Part shown: positions 1 through 29,700 of the stretch, in pieces
How the letters are laid out: each line of letters begins with the position of its first letter
How positions within the stretch are numbered: the first letter of the stretch is position 1
Assembly (NCBI RefSeq): GCF_009914755.1
Contig: NC_060938.1
DNA: 64,000 nt
DNA from: the human T2T-CHM13v2.0 reference genome, Homo sapiens
Direction: 5' to 3' (one strand)
Made by a program: the position numbers and the translations under genes
Notes under the pieces: generated by a model
Databases searched by the model: none
What the model saw: only the letters and a program-made list of their open reading frames with translations
Told to the model about the DNA's origin: nothing

Positions 1-1049
<1,049 letters not shown>

Positions 1050-1465
1050 TAACCACCACCATAATCAAGATACAGATTGTTTCATCACCACAAAGGAACT
1101 CTCTCATGTACCTCTTTGGTTATACCCTTCTGCCCCCACTTCTAGTCACCTGGCAACCATGAAGCTGTTCTCCACCTCTATAGTTTTGTCATTTCAAGCA
1201 TGTTATTTGTATATTTAATGGAATATGAATGTTTTTATAGGCACTTTTGCCTTTACCTTAGGTGTCACCATTGTCTATTTTCCTCCACCCGACTGTCTTC
1301 AGATGTTTACGTTGCCTGCCTGGCCCCTGCTGGCACTTGAGGTTGTTAACCCTGCCCAGTTGTTAATTAGACCCTGATTTCTTAGTGGACACCTGGCCAC
1401 TGCCTCTTCCCTAGCCTGGCAGCTGTGGCTTCTGACCCCCTCCCCTCCAACCCCTCACCCTCCAG

Positions 1466-6882
<5,417 letters not shown>

Positions 6883-6944
6883 CTGAGGGCAAGGGTCCCG
6901 ATGAGGGTCCCATGGCCTGCTCCCTCAGGAACAGCTCCAGCACC

Positions 6945-6950
6945 AATAAA
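6945..6950 (+). terminator. RNF31: RNF31 poly(A) signal AATAAA
   Basis: AATAAA about 60 nt after the stop codon. Confidence 0.85.
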
Positions 6951-7465
6951 GAGGCATCTTACCACCCAGGCTTCTTGGTGGTCCTTCTTCCTGGTGCCAC
7001 CATCTAGGGGCACCAGGGAAAGAGCGGGGTGAACAGAGCTTTGCTGAAAAGGGCCCCCTGCAACCTAGTGCCTGACCCTCCCTGGACTCAGGACCAGGAA
7101 GGAGTTGACACCCTGGATGGTCAAGGGAGGCCCTCCCCATCCAGCAGCCTGGCCTGGGCTTCCTCCCTCCCTGCCTCCTTTTTTCCTTTCATAGAATTTG
7201 ACTGGTATTTGAAGTCACCCAATATGTATCAGGTGGGCACTGTGGGGGAATGCAGATGCACAGGTGTACACAGCAGTCCAGAGGTCCCAGGCCTGACTCC
7301 AGGAAACTGGCCTCCCTGGGGAAGCCACGGTGTCACCCAGAGGTCAGATAGAAGCAAGAGTATCTGAGGGAGGCAGGGGAATGAGCCAGGCTGGAGCTGA
7401 GCCAGCAGGGCAGGGCCCCCCTGCTGCGACAGTGGCATCCTGATAGTGAGATGCTCAGATGCTGC

Positions 7466-7480
7466 TGCCCTCTAGTGGCC
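7466..7480 (-). promoter_or_regulatory. CTCF motif between the RNF31 3' end and the IRF9 promoter
   Basis: The reverse complement reads GGCCACTAGAGGGCA, a near-consensus CTCF core. Confidence 0.75.
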
Positions 7481-7502
7481 GCCAGTTCCCTGCAACTCAG
7501 AC

Positions 7503-7647
7503 CACGTGATTTCTGGGAAAAGGCCCTCCCTGGAGGAGAACTGAAACTTAGGGTGGGGACTGTAGAAAGGGGCGGAGAGATCAGCCGCCCAGCCAGGAGT
7601 TAAGCTGAGGTCGTCTGAGCCCTGCGACAGCCTGGACAGCAACTCAG
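7503..7647 (+). promoter_or_regulatory. IRF9: IRF9 promoter and non-coding exon 1
   Basis: E-box CACGTG 7503-7508, GAS TTCTGGGAA 7511-7519, ISRE-like GAACTGAAACT 7538-7548, GC box 7569-7575 and donor CAG|GTAAGA at 7647/7648. Confidence 0.75.
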
Positions 7648-8453
7648 GTAAGATCAGCCAAGGATGGGAGTCAGCCTGGGATCTAGGGCTAGAAAGTCCA
7701 GCCAGATTGAGGGCAGGGGGTCCTAGGGGTCGCTCTGTTAGACTGAGGGATAGACAGAAGATCTCTTAAGTCAGGAAGTGGGAGATTCAGCCTGAGAGTG
7801 AGACTGACAAGGGCCAGCTCCCCAGACCCTTGTAGGCAAAGGTCAGGAGGACCTACTGCTGGATTGTTCAAGGAAGAAGGCTCCTGGCCCCAGCCTCAGT
7901 GGACCATTTGTTTCCTTGCCATCTGGCCCTGCCCACTTCTGCTGCAGCTCCAACCCCACCCCTACTTCCTGCCCCACCTACTCCTGGGGCCGGCAGGGGG
8001 TGGGGGTCAGGCTAGGTTGTGTAGGCTGTGGGGCGGTGGGTGAAGAGCCTGATGGATCTCAGCAGAACCTACCTCTGCTGATGCTCGGGAATCTAGACAG
8101 GGCCTGTCACCAGGAACGATCACCAAAGGAATTCTTTTGTAAACAATACATCTCTGAAAAGTCCTAAAATTAAGACCAGTGCCCAAGGTTTCCTTCCAGG
8201 TATCACAGCTTAGAGTGCTAAAAACAATGTTTTGGGGGGTTTTGTTGTTGTTGTTGTTGTTTGTCACTGCTAGTGATGGCAGAAAGGAAACAATTCTGTC
8301 CCATAGAGTGTTGAAATGTGTTTGGAGCTAAAAGAAGATGGATGGGATCTCTGGGACCTGTTGCCAGAATCTAGTCTCAATGGCCAGGGTCTCAGGAGAT
8401 GTTCCCTCCCAAAGTGTCAGTTCTGATGCATCCTGCTCCTATTATCCCCCAGG

Positions 8454-11400
8454 ATGGCATCAGGCAGGGCACGCTGCACCCGAAAACTCCGGAACTGGGT
8501 GGTGGAGCAAGTGGAGAGTGGGCAGTTTCCCGGAGTGTGCTGGGATGATACAGCTAAGACCATGTTCCGGATTCCCTGGAAACATGCAGGCAAGCAGGAC
8601 TTCCGGGAGGACCAGGATGCTGCCTTCTTCAAGGTGAAAGGGCCTGGAAACCACTGTTCCTCTGTGTGTGGGATGGTGTATACACACTGGTACACTCATC
8701 CTCGAGCACTTGCGTCTGCCTGGGTTTCAGATAAGGGACAGATTGGAGAGGAAAACTAGCTGCATCATTTGCAGAGTCCAGTACAAAATGAAAATGTGGA
8801 GGCCTTGTTCAAAAATTTTAGGGATATTGGCCAGGCACGGTGGCTCACGCCTGTAATCCCAGCACTTCGGGAGGCCAAGGTGGGTGGATCACGAGGTCAA
8901 GAGATCAAGACCAGCCTGGCCAACATGGTGAAACCCTGTCTCTACTAAAAATACAAAACTTAGCTGGGCCTAGCGGTGCATGCCTGTAGTCCCAGCTACT
9001 CGGGAGACTGAGGCAGGAGAATCGCTTGAACCAGGGAGGTGGAGTTGTAGTGAGTCGAGATCGCACCACTGCACTCCAGCCTGGTGACAGAGTGAGACTC
9101 TGTCTCAAAAAAAAAAAAAAAAAATTTCCAAGGATTTCAAGATGGCAACGCAGAGCACAGACCCTGCATAATCCCTTCTGAGCTCAGAGCTGCACGCCTG
9201 TAAAGCCAGTCCTATTGGAGGGGCAGGTGGAGCCTGTAACACACTGCCTCTTCTTCCCTTGCTTTCTTTCCTAGGCCTGGGCAATATTTAAGGGAAAGTA
9301 TAAGGAGGGGGACACAGGAGGTCCAGCTGTCTGGAAGACTCGCCTGCGCTGTGCACTCAACAAGAGTTCTGAATTTAAGGAGGTTCCTGAGAGGGGCCGC
9401 ATGGATGTTGCTGAGCCCTACAAGGTGTATCAGTTGCTGCCACCAGGAATCGTCTCTGGTGAGTTTCCCCTTGTCCAACCACTGCTAGACTCAGCAGACT
9501 GGGGAGGAAGGATAGATGTGCAGGCTTCCCCCAGGCTTATAGCTCTGCCCTGTCCATGCCCTTGGGAGGCTGCAACCCAGGTTTCCCTTCCTAGACCTGC
9601 CCATCCTTCACTGCCTCAGACCTCTCCTTCACCCTCTGTCCTTGCTCAAGACCCTGACCTTTCTCTGTCCCTCAACAATTCCACAGGCCAGCCAGGGACT
9701 CAGAAAGTACCATCAAAGCGACAGCACAGTTCTGTGTCCTCTGAGAGGAAGGAGGAAGAGGATGCCATGCAGAACTGCACACTCAGTCCCTCTGTGCTCC
9801 AGGACTCCCTCAATAATGTAAGAGATGGAGAGGGAACTGGGTGGGCCTAAGGGCAGGACAGTAACCAGAGGGAGAGGTGGGCCAATGAAAGACACTGTGT
9901 CTTGGGAGGCCGAGGCTGGCAGATCACGTGAGGTCAGAAGTTCGAAACCAGCCTCGACCAACATGGTGAGAACCCGTCTCTACTAAAAATACAAAAATTA
10001 GCTGTGCGTTGTGGCATCTGCCTGTAATCCCAGCTACTCAGGAGGCCGAGGCAGGAGAATCGCTTGAACCGGGGGGCGGAGATAGCAGTGAGCCGAGATC
10101 GCGCCACTGCACTCCAGCCTGGGCAACAAGAGTGAAACTCTGTCTCAAAAAAAGAGAAAAAAAATAAAAAGACACTGTGTCCGCAGGAGGAGGAGGGGGC
10201 CAGTGGGGGAGCAGTCCATTCAGACATTGGGAGCAGCAGCAGCAGCAGCAGCCCTGAGCCACAGGAAGGTACCACCTGCCCTGCCTCTTGTGTCGTCCCC
10301 CATGCCACACCCTCTGGCCCAAGACTCCCCAGTCCCACTCTGAATGACCAGTGCCTTTGCTTCCCTTCCAGTTACAGACACAACTGAGGCCCCCTTTCAA
10401 GGGGATCAGAGGTCCCTGGAGTTTCTGCTTCCTCCAGAGCCAGGTACGTGGCATTTCTGACTTTCTCCTGTGCCCTGTGCCCCTGAGGTCTTCCACCTTT
10501 GACTATGCATGCATTATCTAGTCAGTCAGGGCTTACAGCAAACTGTACCCACATTACCATAGCCCTAGGCAGTGGTTTCTAGGTGGCGAGAATTCCATAT
10601 GCCTGGCCAGACTCCAAAAAGCTTGCTTCCCAAAAATACCACCCTATACACTCTCCTGGAAATCTACATTGAGACATTGATTTCATTGGGCCAAACAGAG
10701 GCCCAATCTCAAGGGACCTTCTAGTAAACTACAAGCCCCTGGGCATTGAGCCCTGAGGCCTCATGGTGAATCACATACTAGCTACTTGCCTCAGTGATAG
10801 GAAAACCTGAGAGGAAGCCCCCTGGCTGGTGTGGGGAGGGGAGGTGGAGTTGTTCCCCTGGGGAGGGGCTGCTGCCAGCCTGCATGCTCCTCCAGCACCA
10901 GGTAGGGCTGTTCTATCCCCAGACTACTCACTGCTGCTCACCTTCATCTACAACGGGCGCGTGGTGGGCGAGGCCCAGGTGCAAAGCCTGGATTGCCGCC
11001 TTGTGGCTGAGCCCTCAGGCTCTGAGAGCAGCATGGAGCAGGTGCTGTTCCCCAAGCCTGGCCCACTGGAGCCCACGCAGCGCCTGCTGAGCCAGCTTGA
11101 GAGGGGCATCCTAGTGGCCAGCAACCCCCGAGGCCTCTTCGTGCAGCGCCTTTGCCCCATCCCCATCTCCTGGAATGCACCCCAGGCTCCACCTGGGCCA
11201 GGCCCGCATCTGCTGCCCAGCAACGAGTGCGTGGAGCTCTTCAGAACCGCCTACTTCTGCAGAGGTGAGGCTGTTCTCTCTGGGCACATGAGCTTCCACC
11301 CCCTACCTCTTAGTACCCCCTGGGCCCAACTTGTTGGGTCCTGCTACCTCCCTATCTGCCAGCAGATCCTCCATGTAGCCTATGCATGGCACTCCTGCGC

Positions 11401-12505
11401 TTGTGTGTTGCATATCCTGTGTGGCCATATGCCCAGCCTGGCAGCTACCTGGCAGCTCTCCTCCAGCCAAGACAATGGAAGAGGTGGTTCAGGTAGAGCC
11501 CAGCACAAGAGTGTCATATCTTGGAGAACACCATCACACTGAAGCATGCAGTCACTATGTGAAGGTGCACAGAAGAATTGGCACAGAGATTTTGAGCCTC
11601 ATGGCCTTCTCCTACGTACACACATTTGGGAGAGCTGGCACACATCACACACACTGGCCCTGGCTGCACCGTCTTTACCACACTCCAGGCATGCCTTAGG
11701 GTTGCGCTTCTCTCCCATCCAATTCCAGCTCCTACTCAATTCTAAACCTGACCTTAAGAGTGGGACCAGGTGTACAGGGGGTGCAGAGTGTGGGTGTTCC
11801 CAGGGCCATGGGTGCCCTAGCACTGGGAGGATGTGAGCAAGTAGCAAAGGTCTGGGCACATCTGAGTTAGCAGCCAGGGCTGCTACCTGGGAGGACTCTA
11901 AACTCTCCCAGCAGAGAGCTTGTCGGGCTGTGCTGTGATCTGCTACTTCTAAGCACTTATATGAGGCAGGGGCACCCTTTCCTATTTGCACATGGGTGAG
12001 TAGCACTTAGTTCCAAGTACTTCTGACCTTGCAGCTCCTGCTCTGGCAAGACCCCCTCCTACCTCTCTCCATCATGGGTTCCTCACTATTGCCTCCCTGC
12101 CTGTGGCCCTCTCTCTTCTTTTTGTTCTTCGAACCCTTGACCCTTTCTCTTTCAGACTTGGTCAGGTACTTTCAGGGCCTGGGCCCCCCACCGAAGTTCC
12201 AGGTAACACTGAATTTCTGGGAAGAGAGCCATGGCTCCAGCCATACTCCACAGAATCTTATCACAGTGAAGGTGAGCTCGGAGCAGGGGTAGAGTACCCA
12301 TCTAATGAGAGCAGAGACAGTGGTGCTCCAGGAGGCAAAGGGGGTCTCCCAGTGGGGAAGGAGCTCCTGGGGGTGGTGTCTGTCCCTGATGCACGCACTG
12401 AGATGCTCTTCTCCATCTCTTCCAATACAGATGGAGCAGGCCTTTGCCCGATACTTGCTGGAGCAGACTCCAGAGCAGCAGGCAGCCATTCTGTCCCTGG
12501 TGTAG
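8454..12505 (+). CDS. IRF9: Interferon regulatory factor 9 (ISGF3 gamma), 393 aa
   Basis: Exons 8454-8633, 9275-9458, 9687-9817, 10187-10268, 10372-10443, 10923-11264, 12156-12271 and 12431-12505 total 1182 nt. Trp-repeat IRF DNA-binding domain ([15 protein letters not shown]...), poly-Ser linker and IAD ending QQAAILSLV*. Confidence 0.98.
8757..9213 (-). mobile_element. MER91-like hAT fossil with an inserted Alu (8829-9124, +)
   Basis: CAGTACAAAATGAAAATGTGGAGGCCTTGTTCAAAAA...TTTCAAGATGGCAAC matches the recalled MER91 consensus. Confidence 0.6.
9902..10170 (+). mobile_element. 5'-truncated Alu abutting an IRF9 acceptor
   Basis: TSD AAAGACACTGTGTC at 9888-9901 and 10168-10181. Confidence 0.92.
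10232..10252 (+). repeat. Coding (AGC)7 repeat, poly-Ser in IRF9
   Basis: Seven AGC codons within an exon. Confidence 0.9.
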
Positions 12506-12850
12506 AGCCTGGGGGACCCATCTTCCACCTCACCTCTTTGTTCTTCCTGTCTCCTTTGAAGTAGACTCATTCTTCACACGATTGACCTGTCCTCTTTGTG
12601 ATAATTCTCAGTAGTTGTCCGTGATAATCGTGTCCTGAAAATCCTCGCACACACTGGCTGGTGGAGAACTCAAGGCTAATTTTTTATCCTTTTTTTTTTT
12701 TAATTTTGAGATATACGCCCTCTTTCATCTGTAAGGGACTAGGAAATTCCAAATGGTGTGAACCCAGGGGGCCTTTCCCTCTTCCCTGACCTCCCAACTC
12801 TAAAGCCAAGCACTTTATATTTTCCTCTTAGATATTCACTAAGGACTTAA

Positions 12851-12856
12851 AATAAA
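12851..12856 (+). terminator. IRF9: IRF9 poly(A) signal
   Basis: AATAAA within the palindrome AATAAAATTTTATT. Confidence 0.85.
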
Positions 12857-13394
12857 ATTTTATTGAAAGAGGAATCAGTATCTGATTTTCTGGGAGAAGA
12901 AGGTAGCAGTGGTCACAGATAGAGATGTAAACTTAAGAGTGGGGCACTGGGGTTCTCTTCCTGCTGACATCTCCAGCCTCTTTCCTCTCCTCTGCCCACA
13001 GGTTCTGGCTAAGATGCTGCCTGGGCCCTGTGGGTCCTGGGCCTGGCACTCTACAGAGGTACCCTCTGGGCAGATAAGATTAGGGTGTGGGTTGGGCACC
13101 AAGCCTTCAGCCAGGCACTATAGCCACCAACTTCACATGGTAAAGTCTGGGCTCCACAGTTCTTGCTAGAAGGCCCCAACATCGGGCCTGAGGTTAGTTA
13201 GATTGGAGGTCTAAATGAAGAGGAGACACTTGAGGGTGACCTGAAACTATGGTCTAGAGGCCCTGGGACCTGAGAACAGAGGAGTCAGAGAGAAGAGTTG
13301 CTGAAACTGTACCTGCTGTTACTGGCACCTCTTCCTCCAGCACAATTTCACTGTCACCCCAGCAGGGTACTCCCAAACTGGATTCCTTGCTCTA

Positions 13395-17892
<4,498 letters not shown>

Positions 17893-18862
17893 CATCTCAC
17901 ATCTTTCTTCCTCTGCAGCACACGACACGCCCTAGTTGGAAACAAAGTCGGAGTTTGTGGATTGGGGGAAGGGCGGGGTCTAACCTCAGGTCAGGCGCCG
18001 TGCAAGGTACATCTTGGCACCCGGAAGAGGCCCAGTACAGTTGCCCCCGAGGTGACCCGACCTCCCCTACCAATTGAGGCGCCCTTGTTGCCAGGCTTGC
18101 GGCGGGGGAGCGGCGGGGGAGCGACGGGGATGCGCTCATTGGTCAAGGAAGGGGCGCCTGTTACTAGAGGCGAGAACCGGAGCCCATTGGTCGGAACACC
18201 TCACAATGGACCCCAGCGGCGCGCAAAATCCTTATGATTGGTTTGCTGGCTGCCTCGGGAGACCCTGTTGCCAGGATACTTGGCGTTCCCGACCCGACCC
18301 CCGTTCCCCATTGGCTGTCAGGGCAAAAGCCGCCATCTAATGAGGAGCGAGGTGCGGTGCCCCGAAGCGCTCGCTTCCCGCGGTGCGATCTAGTCCTGCA
18401 GTAGGCGGCCCGGGGCCACACCGCGGCCGCCCAAGCCAGTGCAAGGCCCAGGGGCCTGACATCGCTCCCAGCGCTCGAGGACCGAGGCCTGCTGTGGAGG
18501 ACACCGTGCTCCCTCGGGACCTGCTCTGGATTCCGGCCCGGACGTCCCCTTGGAGCTCTGCATCTCCAACCTGGAACCCAACCCAGAAGTCTCAAGTTTG
18601 ACGCATCACGTGGCGTGCGGATCCACTGAGGGTCCACAGAGAGGGGCGCCCATCTCCTGCGTCTCAGTTATCCTGGTAATTGTGTATCTGCCCATTGTTC
18701 GTTGCCTCATTAACTTGGCTTTCTAGGTGCACCCACCTTGCCACCAGAGAAGTCCAAATCCTGACTTCTCTCCAAGGTGTTGGGAATTCTGTGCCCTAAA
18801 GAATTCCGACTCAGATCCGAACGGGGATCTGGTGGAATCGAGGGTGAAAGACCAGAGGGACA

Positions 18863-26405
<7,543 letters not shown>

Positions 26406-26555
26406 GGTTAGAGTCCATTTACAAAGCTGCCAGGAAACCGGCCACTTCTAGTAAACCACGTCGTGCCTCACTGGGTCCTGCTTACCTCATTTCTGAATGT
26501 GCATTTCCAGCCTTCTTGCTCTCAGAGCTATTGTTCAAGCAGAAAACAAGCTGCT

Positions 26556-26561
26556 TTTATT
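26556..26561 (-). terminator. IPO4: IPO4 poly(A) signal
   Basis: TTTATT on + (AATAAA on -), about 190 nt past the stop codon. Confidence 0.85.
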
Positions 26562-26751
26562 ACAGTATGATGTCATGACTCATTTGTAACAGATCCAGCC
26601 TCAGGGACAGCCCTGTAAGGCAGCAAGTGGGGCTGGCTCCAAATGGGTATGAGTCTCAGAATCTTTGGTAAGGCAGAACTGAACTGGGCTGAGAGGTGGT
26701 CTTAAGGCCTGGGCAGGCTCTATTCTCTCTGGACTGGCTGCAGCCTGCAGT

Positions 26752-29700
26752 CTAGGAGAGGCCCAGTACAGCCTGGAGCTCCTGAGCCTTGTCAACAGGC
26801 AGTGAGCCCAGAGCTGCTTGAAAGCTGTCGGTGTGCTGTTTGGCCAGGAACGTCAGGAGCAGCAACAGTGCGGCCTTGGTGTCTGGGTGGAGAGGGAGGG
26901 AGAAAGGTCGGGGCTCCTAAAGCCTCGCTGCCCCAGGCTCTCTGAGCCCTGCCACTCCCAGCCTCCCGCAAGCCCCTGCCTATGACTCCTACCCTCACCT
27001 GGTGGGATCTTGTTGTCAGCCAGAATGAGGCTGCAGATACGCAGAAGCTCGGGAGCCACATCTATAACCTGTGAGGAAAGAGTGGCTGACTCAGGGCAGC
27101 AGCCCCAGACCCCAGGTCTAGGAGGGTGGTCAGGACCAAGGAGTGGCAGAATCTCTTATCAGGGGGGTGGTTGCACCTGGTACTGATTCACAGGCATCCA
27201 AGACAACTATGAACATGAGAAGAACCAATGAAACTTGGTGCTAATGATTTTTTTTGGAGGGAATGGGGGATGTGGGACAAGATGATTAAAGTCATAGCCT
27301 CAAGACCTAAAGAAACCCAGACACTCAGGAGCTCCACCTACACAACAGTCTCTAAAGGTATAAGACAAGGGTGACACAAACACTCTGACATGACTCCAAA
27401 CCTAGCTACTTGGTACAGGCAAAATCTCTTCAGAGAGCAGAGCTGATCTGATTGAAATGTATGGTGTGGTGGCCCAGAGGTACCCTGGGCTCCACAGAGC
27501 ACAGTTTGAAAGGGCCCCGGTTTAGGAAACCAGCCTAGGAAAACTGCAACTTCTGGCTCAGACCAAAGGGTAGAAATGGAGCTTCCTCAGGAAAAATGCT
27601 ACGTGGAGAAAGGAAGTCCCTCCTGTCCCATCACAGGACTGGCTGCCAATCCTTGCAGACAAATAAGAAATGGTGCAGGGAGTACCAAAAGAACAGCTGA
27701 AACTGTCACCTTGCATCAGGTGCAACTGACAGCCTGGAGCTCCCGAGCCTCATCAGCAGACAGTGCCTATCACTGAGTGGAGCGGCACGTTCCCCTCTGA
27801 GGGCTGCCAGCAGCAAGGTTACCTGGTCAGGGCTGCTCTGGTACAGGAAGCTGAAGAGGCGCCCAATGGTGACCCACTCCTCCAAGTCCTCCTTCAGTGG
27901 CAGGGCATGCAGTAGGGCAGCCAGCACCTGGGCACACAAATGTCTCAGGCCAACCTGCCCTGCCCTCCACCACCCTCCCTCCTCAGCTTCCAAGCCCTGC
28001 CTGATGTCTCCCTCCCTCACCTGGGGCTCTGGTTTCCTGGTGGGACTGGCCATCAACAGGCGGGCAAGTGCCCCACAGATGTTGTCACGGACACGATCAT
28101 GTCGCTCCCGCGCCAGGAGGGGAAAAAGGAGCCCCAGCAGCTTGGGGAAGTGTCTGGTCCACAGTCAAGGAATGGCCACACGCTCAGGTAGACCTTGCCC
28201 ACCTGCAAGCCCTGGGGACACTCCCCCAACCTCCAGTCCCTCCCGTCCTGCGAGCCAAGGATACTCCTGGGCAGGGTGGCCCCCATGCTCTGCCAGCACG
28301 CCCATCCCGAAGATGGCATTGCTTCGCACCTCGGGGTCTGCCTCTTGGGCGGTGCTCAACAGCACAGGGAGCAGCCGAGACACAAACTGGGCTGAGGCAG
28401 CACCCAGGCCCTGAATAGTCTCTGCCAAGGTCCCCACTGCAAAGGACTTCTCTGCCACTGTGCAGCCCTGTTTCTGATGGGGGAGAACAGGAAGGAGTAC
28501 AGATCAGCCTGGGCCAAGGATAAAGGCTGTGGTGGGCACCGGGTGCACGAGGGGACTAGGGCTTGAAGCCAGAAGATGGACACTCACTGTCTTGCACACC
28601 AATAATGGCAGGAAACCGGCAAAGAATGGGGCAAAGGAGTCTCCCCCAGCCGCGGCTGCCAGGGCAGGGATGGCCTCTCCAGCGTGCTCCAGCAACATGG
28701 CGTCGTATTCAGCCTGTGGAGCCAGGTCAGGGGCTGGAGCACCAGGGCCAGCTCAGTGACTGTACACCTCCCTCCCACGCTCTGCCACCAGCTGCAGGGG
28801 TCCCTGGGGCTGCCCTTGGTTGATAGGGCTGGCCCCTCTCAAGCTGGGTGTTTCCATGACCCAGCTTCTTCCCCTGGCTCTTCTGCTCCTACCTATCACT
28901 CCAAGCACACCCCAGTCCACACTGCTCTCCTTCCCTGAACTCCCACTGGCTTAGTGGGATCAGGGTTGTATCCCTCTGGCCATTACCAGTCTCTTTTAGT
29001 GGCCCTGGCTGCCCCAGGCCAAGCCCAAATACACTGTCCACCCCTGTCCCTGTGGAGACTGCCTGGACCGCCTGGTCCCCGTTTTTATCCCTGGCTCTCA
29101 CCTGATCATCATCTTCCTCTTCCTCCTCCTCGTCAGTATCCTGACAGGCTGTCTACAAGAAGTAGCTCAACTTAGCGGAGCTTTCACGCCCCTTCTCTTT
29201 TCATGGGGGTAGGGGGTGGACTTGTAGCCAGTCCCCAACCGAGGCCCAGCACCTCTCCTTCCCGAAGCCCACCTGCCCTGCTCACCTTCCTCTGCAGCAC
29301 AGCCTTGAGCACGCCACAGAGCTCAGCGAGGCGCCCAGGGGGCTTCAGTGTGAGGGTCCCACAGCTGCGGAGCACCCCTGTCAGGGCCTCCAGCACGGCC
29401 ATCACCACCTGGCGTTCCCGCTCCCTGTTCACTGCCTGCATGTAGGATGGCACGACTCGGGCCAGGGCAGCCTGCAAAGCTGGGGACATTATTGGCTGAA
29501 GCACCAGTCAGGCCCTGCCCCTCCCCAAGAACCCCCAGCCTGGCCCAGCCTCTCCTCACCAGCAGTGTTGGGTTCCGAGGGGCAGCTTTGACAGGCCTTG
29601 TGCAGTGCACAGCAAAACTGACCCAGAGCCTCATGGGCTGCCTTCCGCACATTCAGGTGAGGGCACTGCAGGATGAGGAGGGGCGGGATATGTCTGCTAT

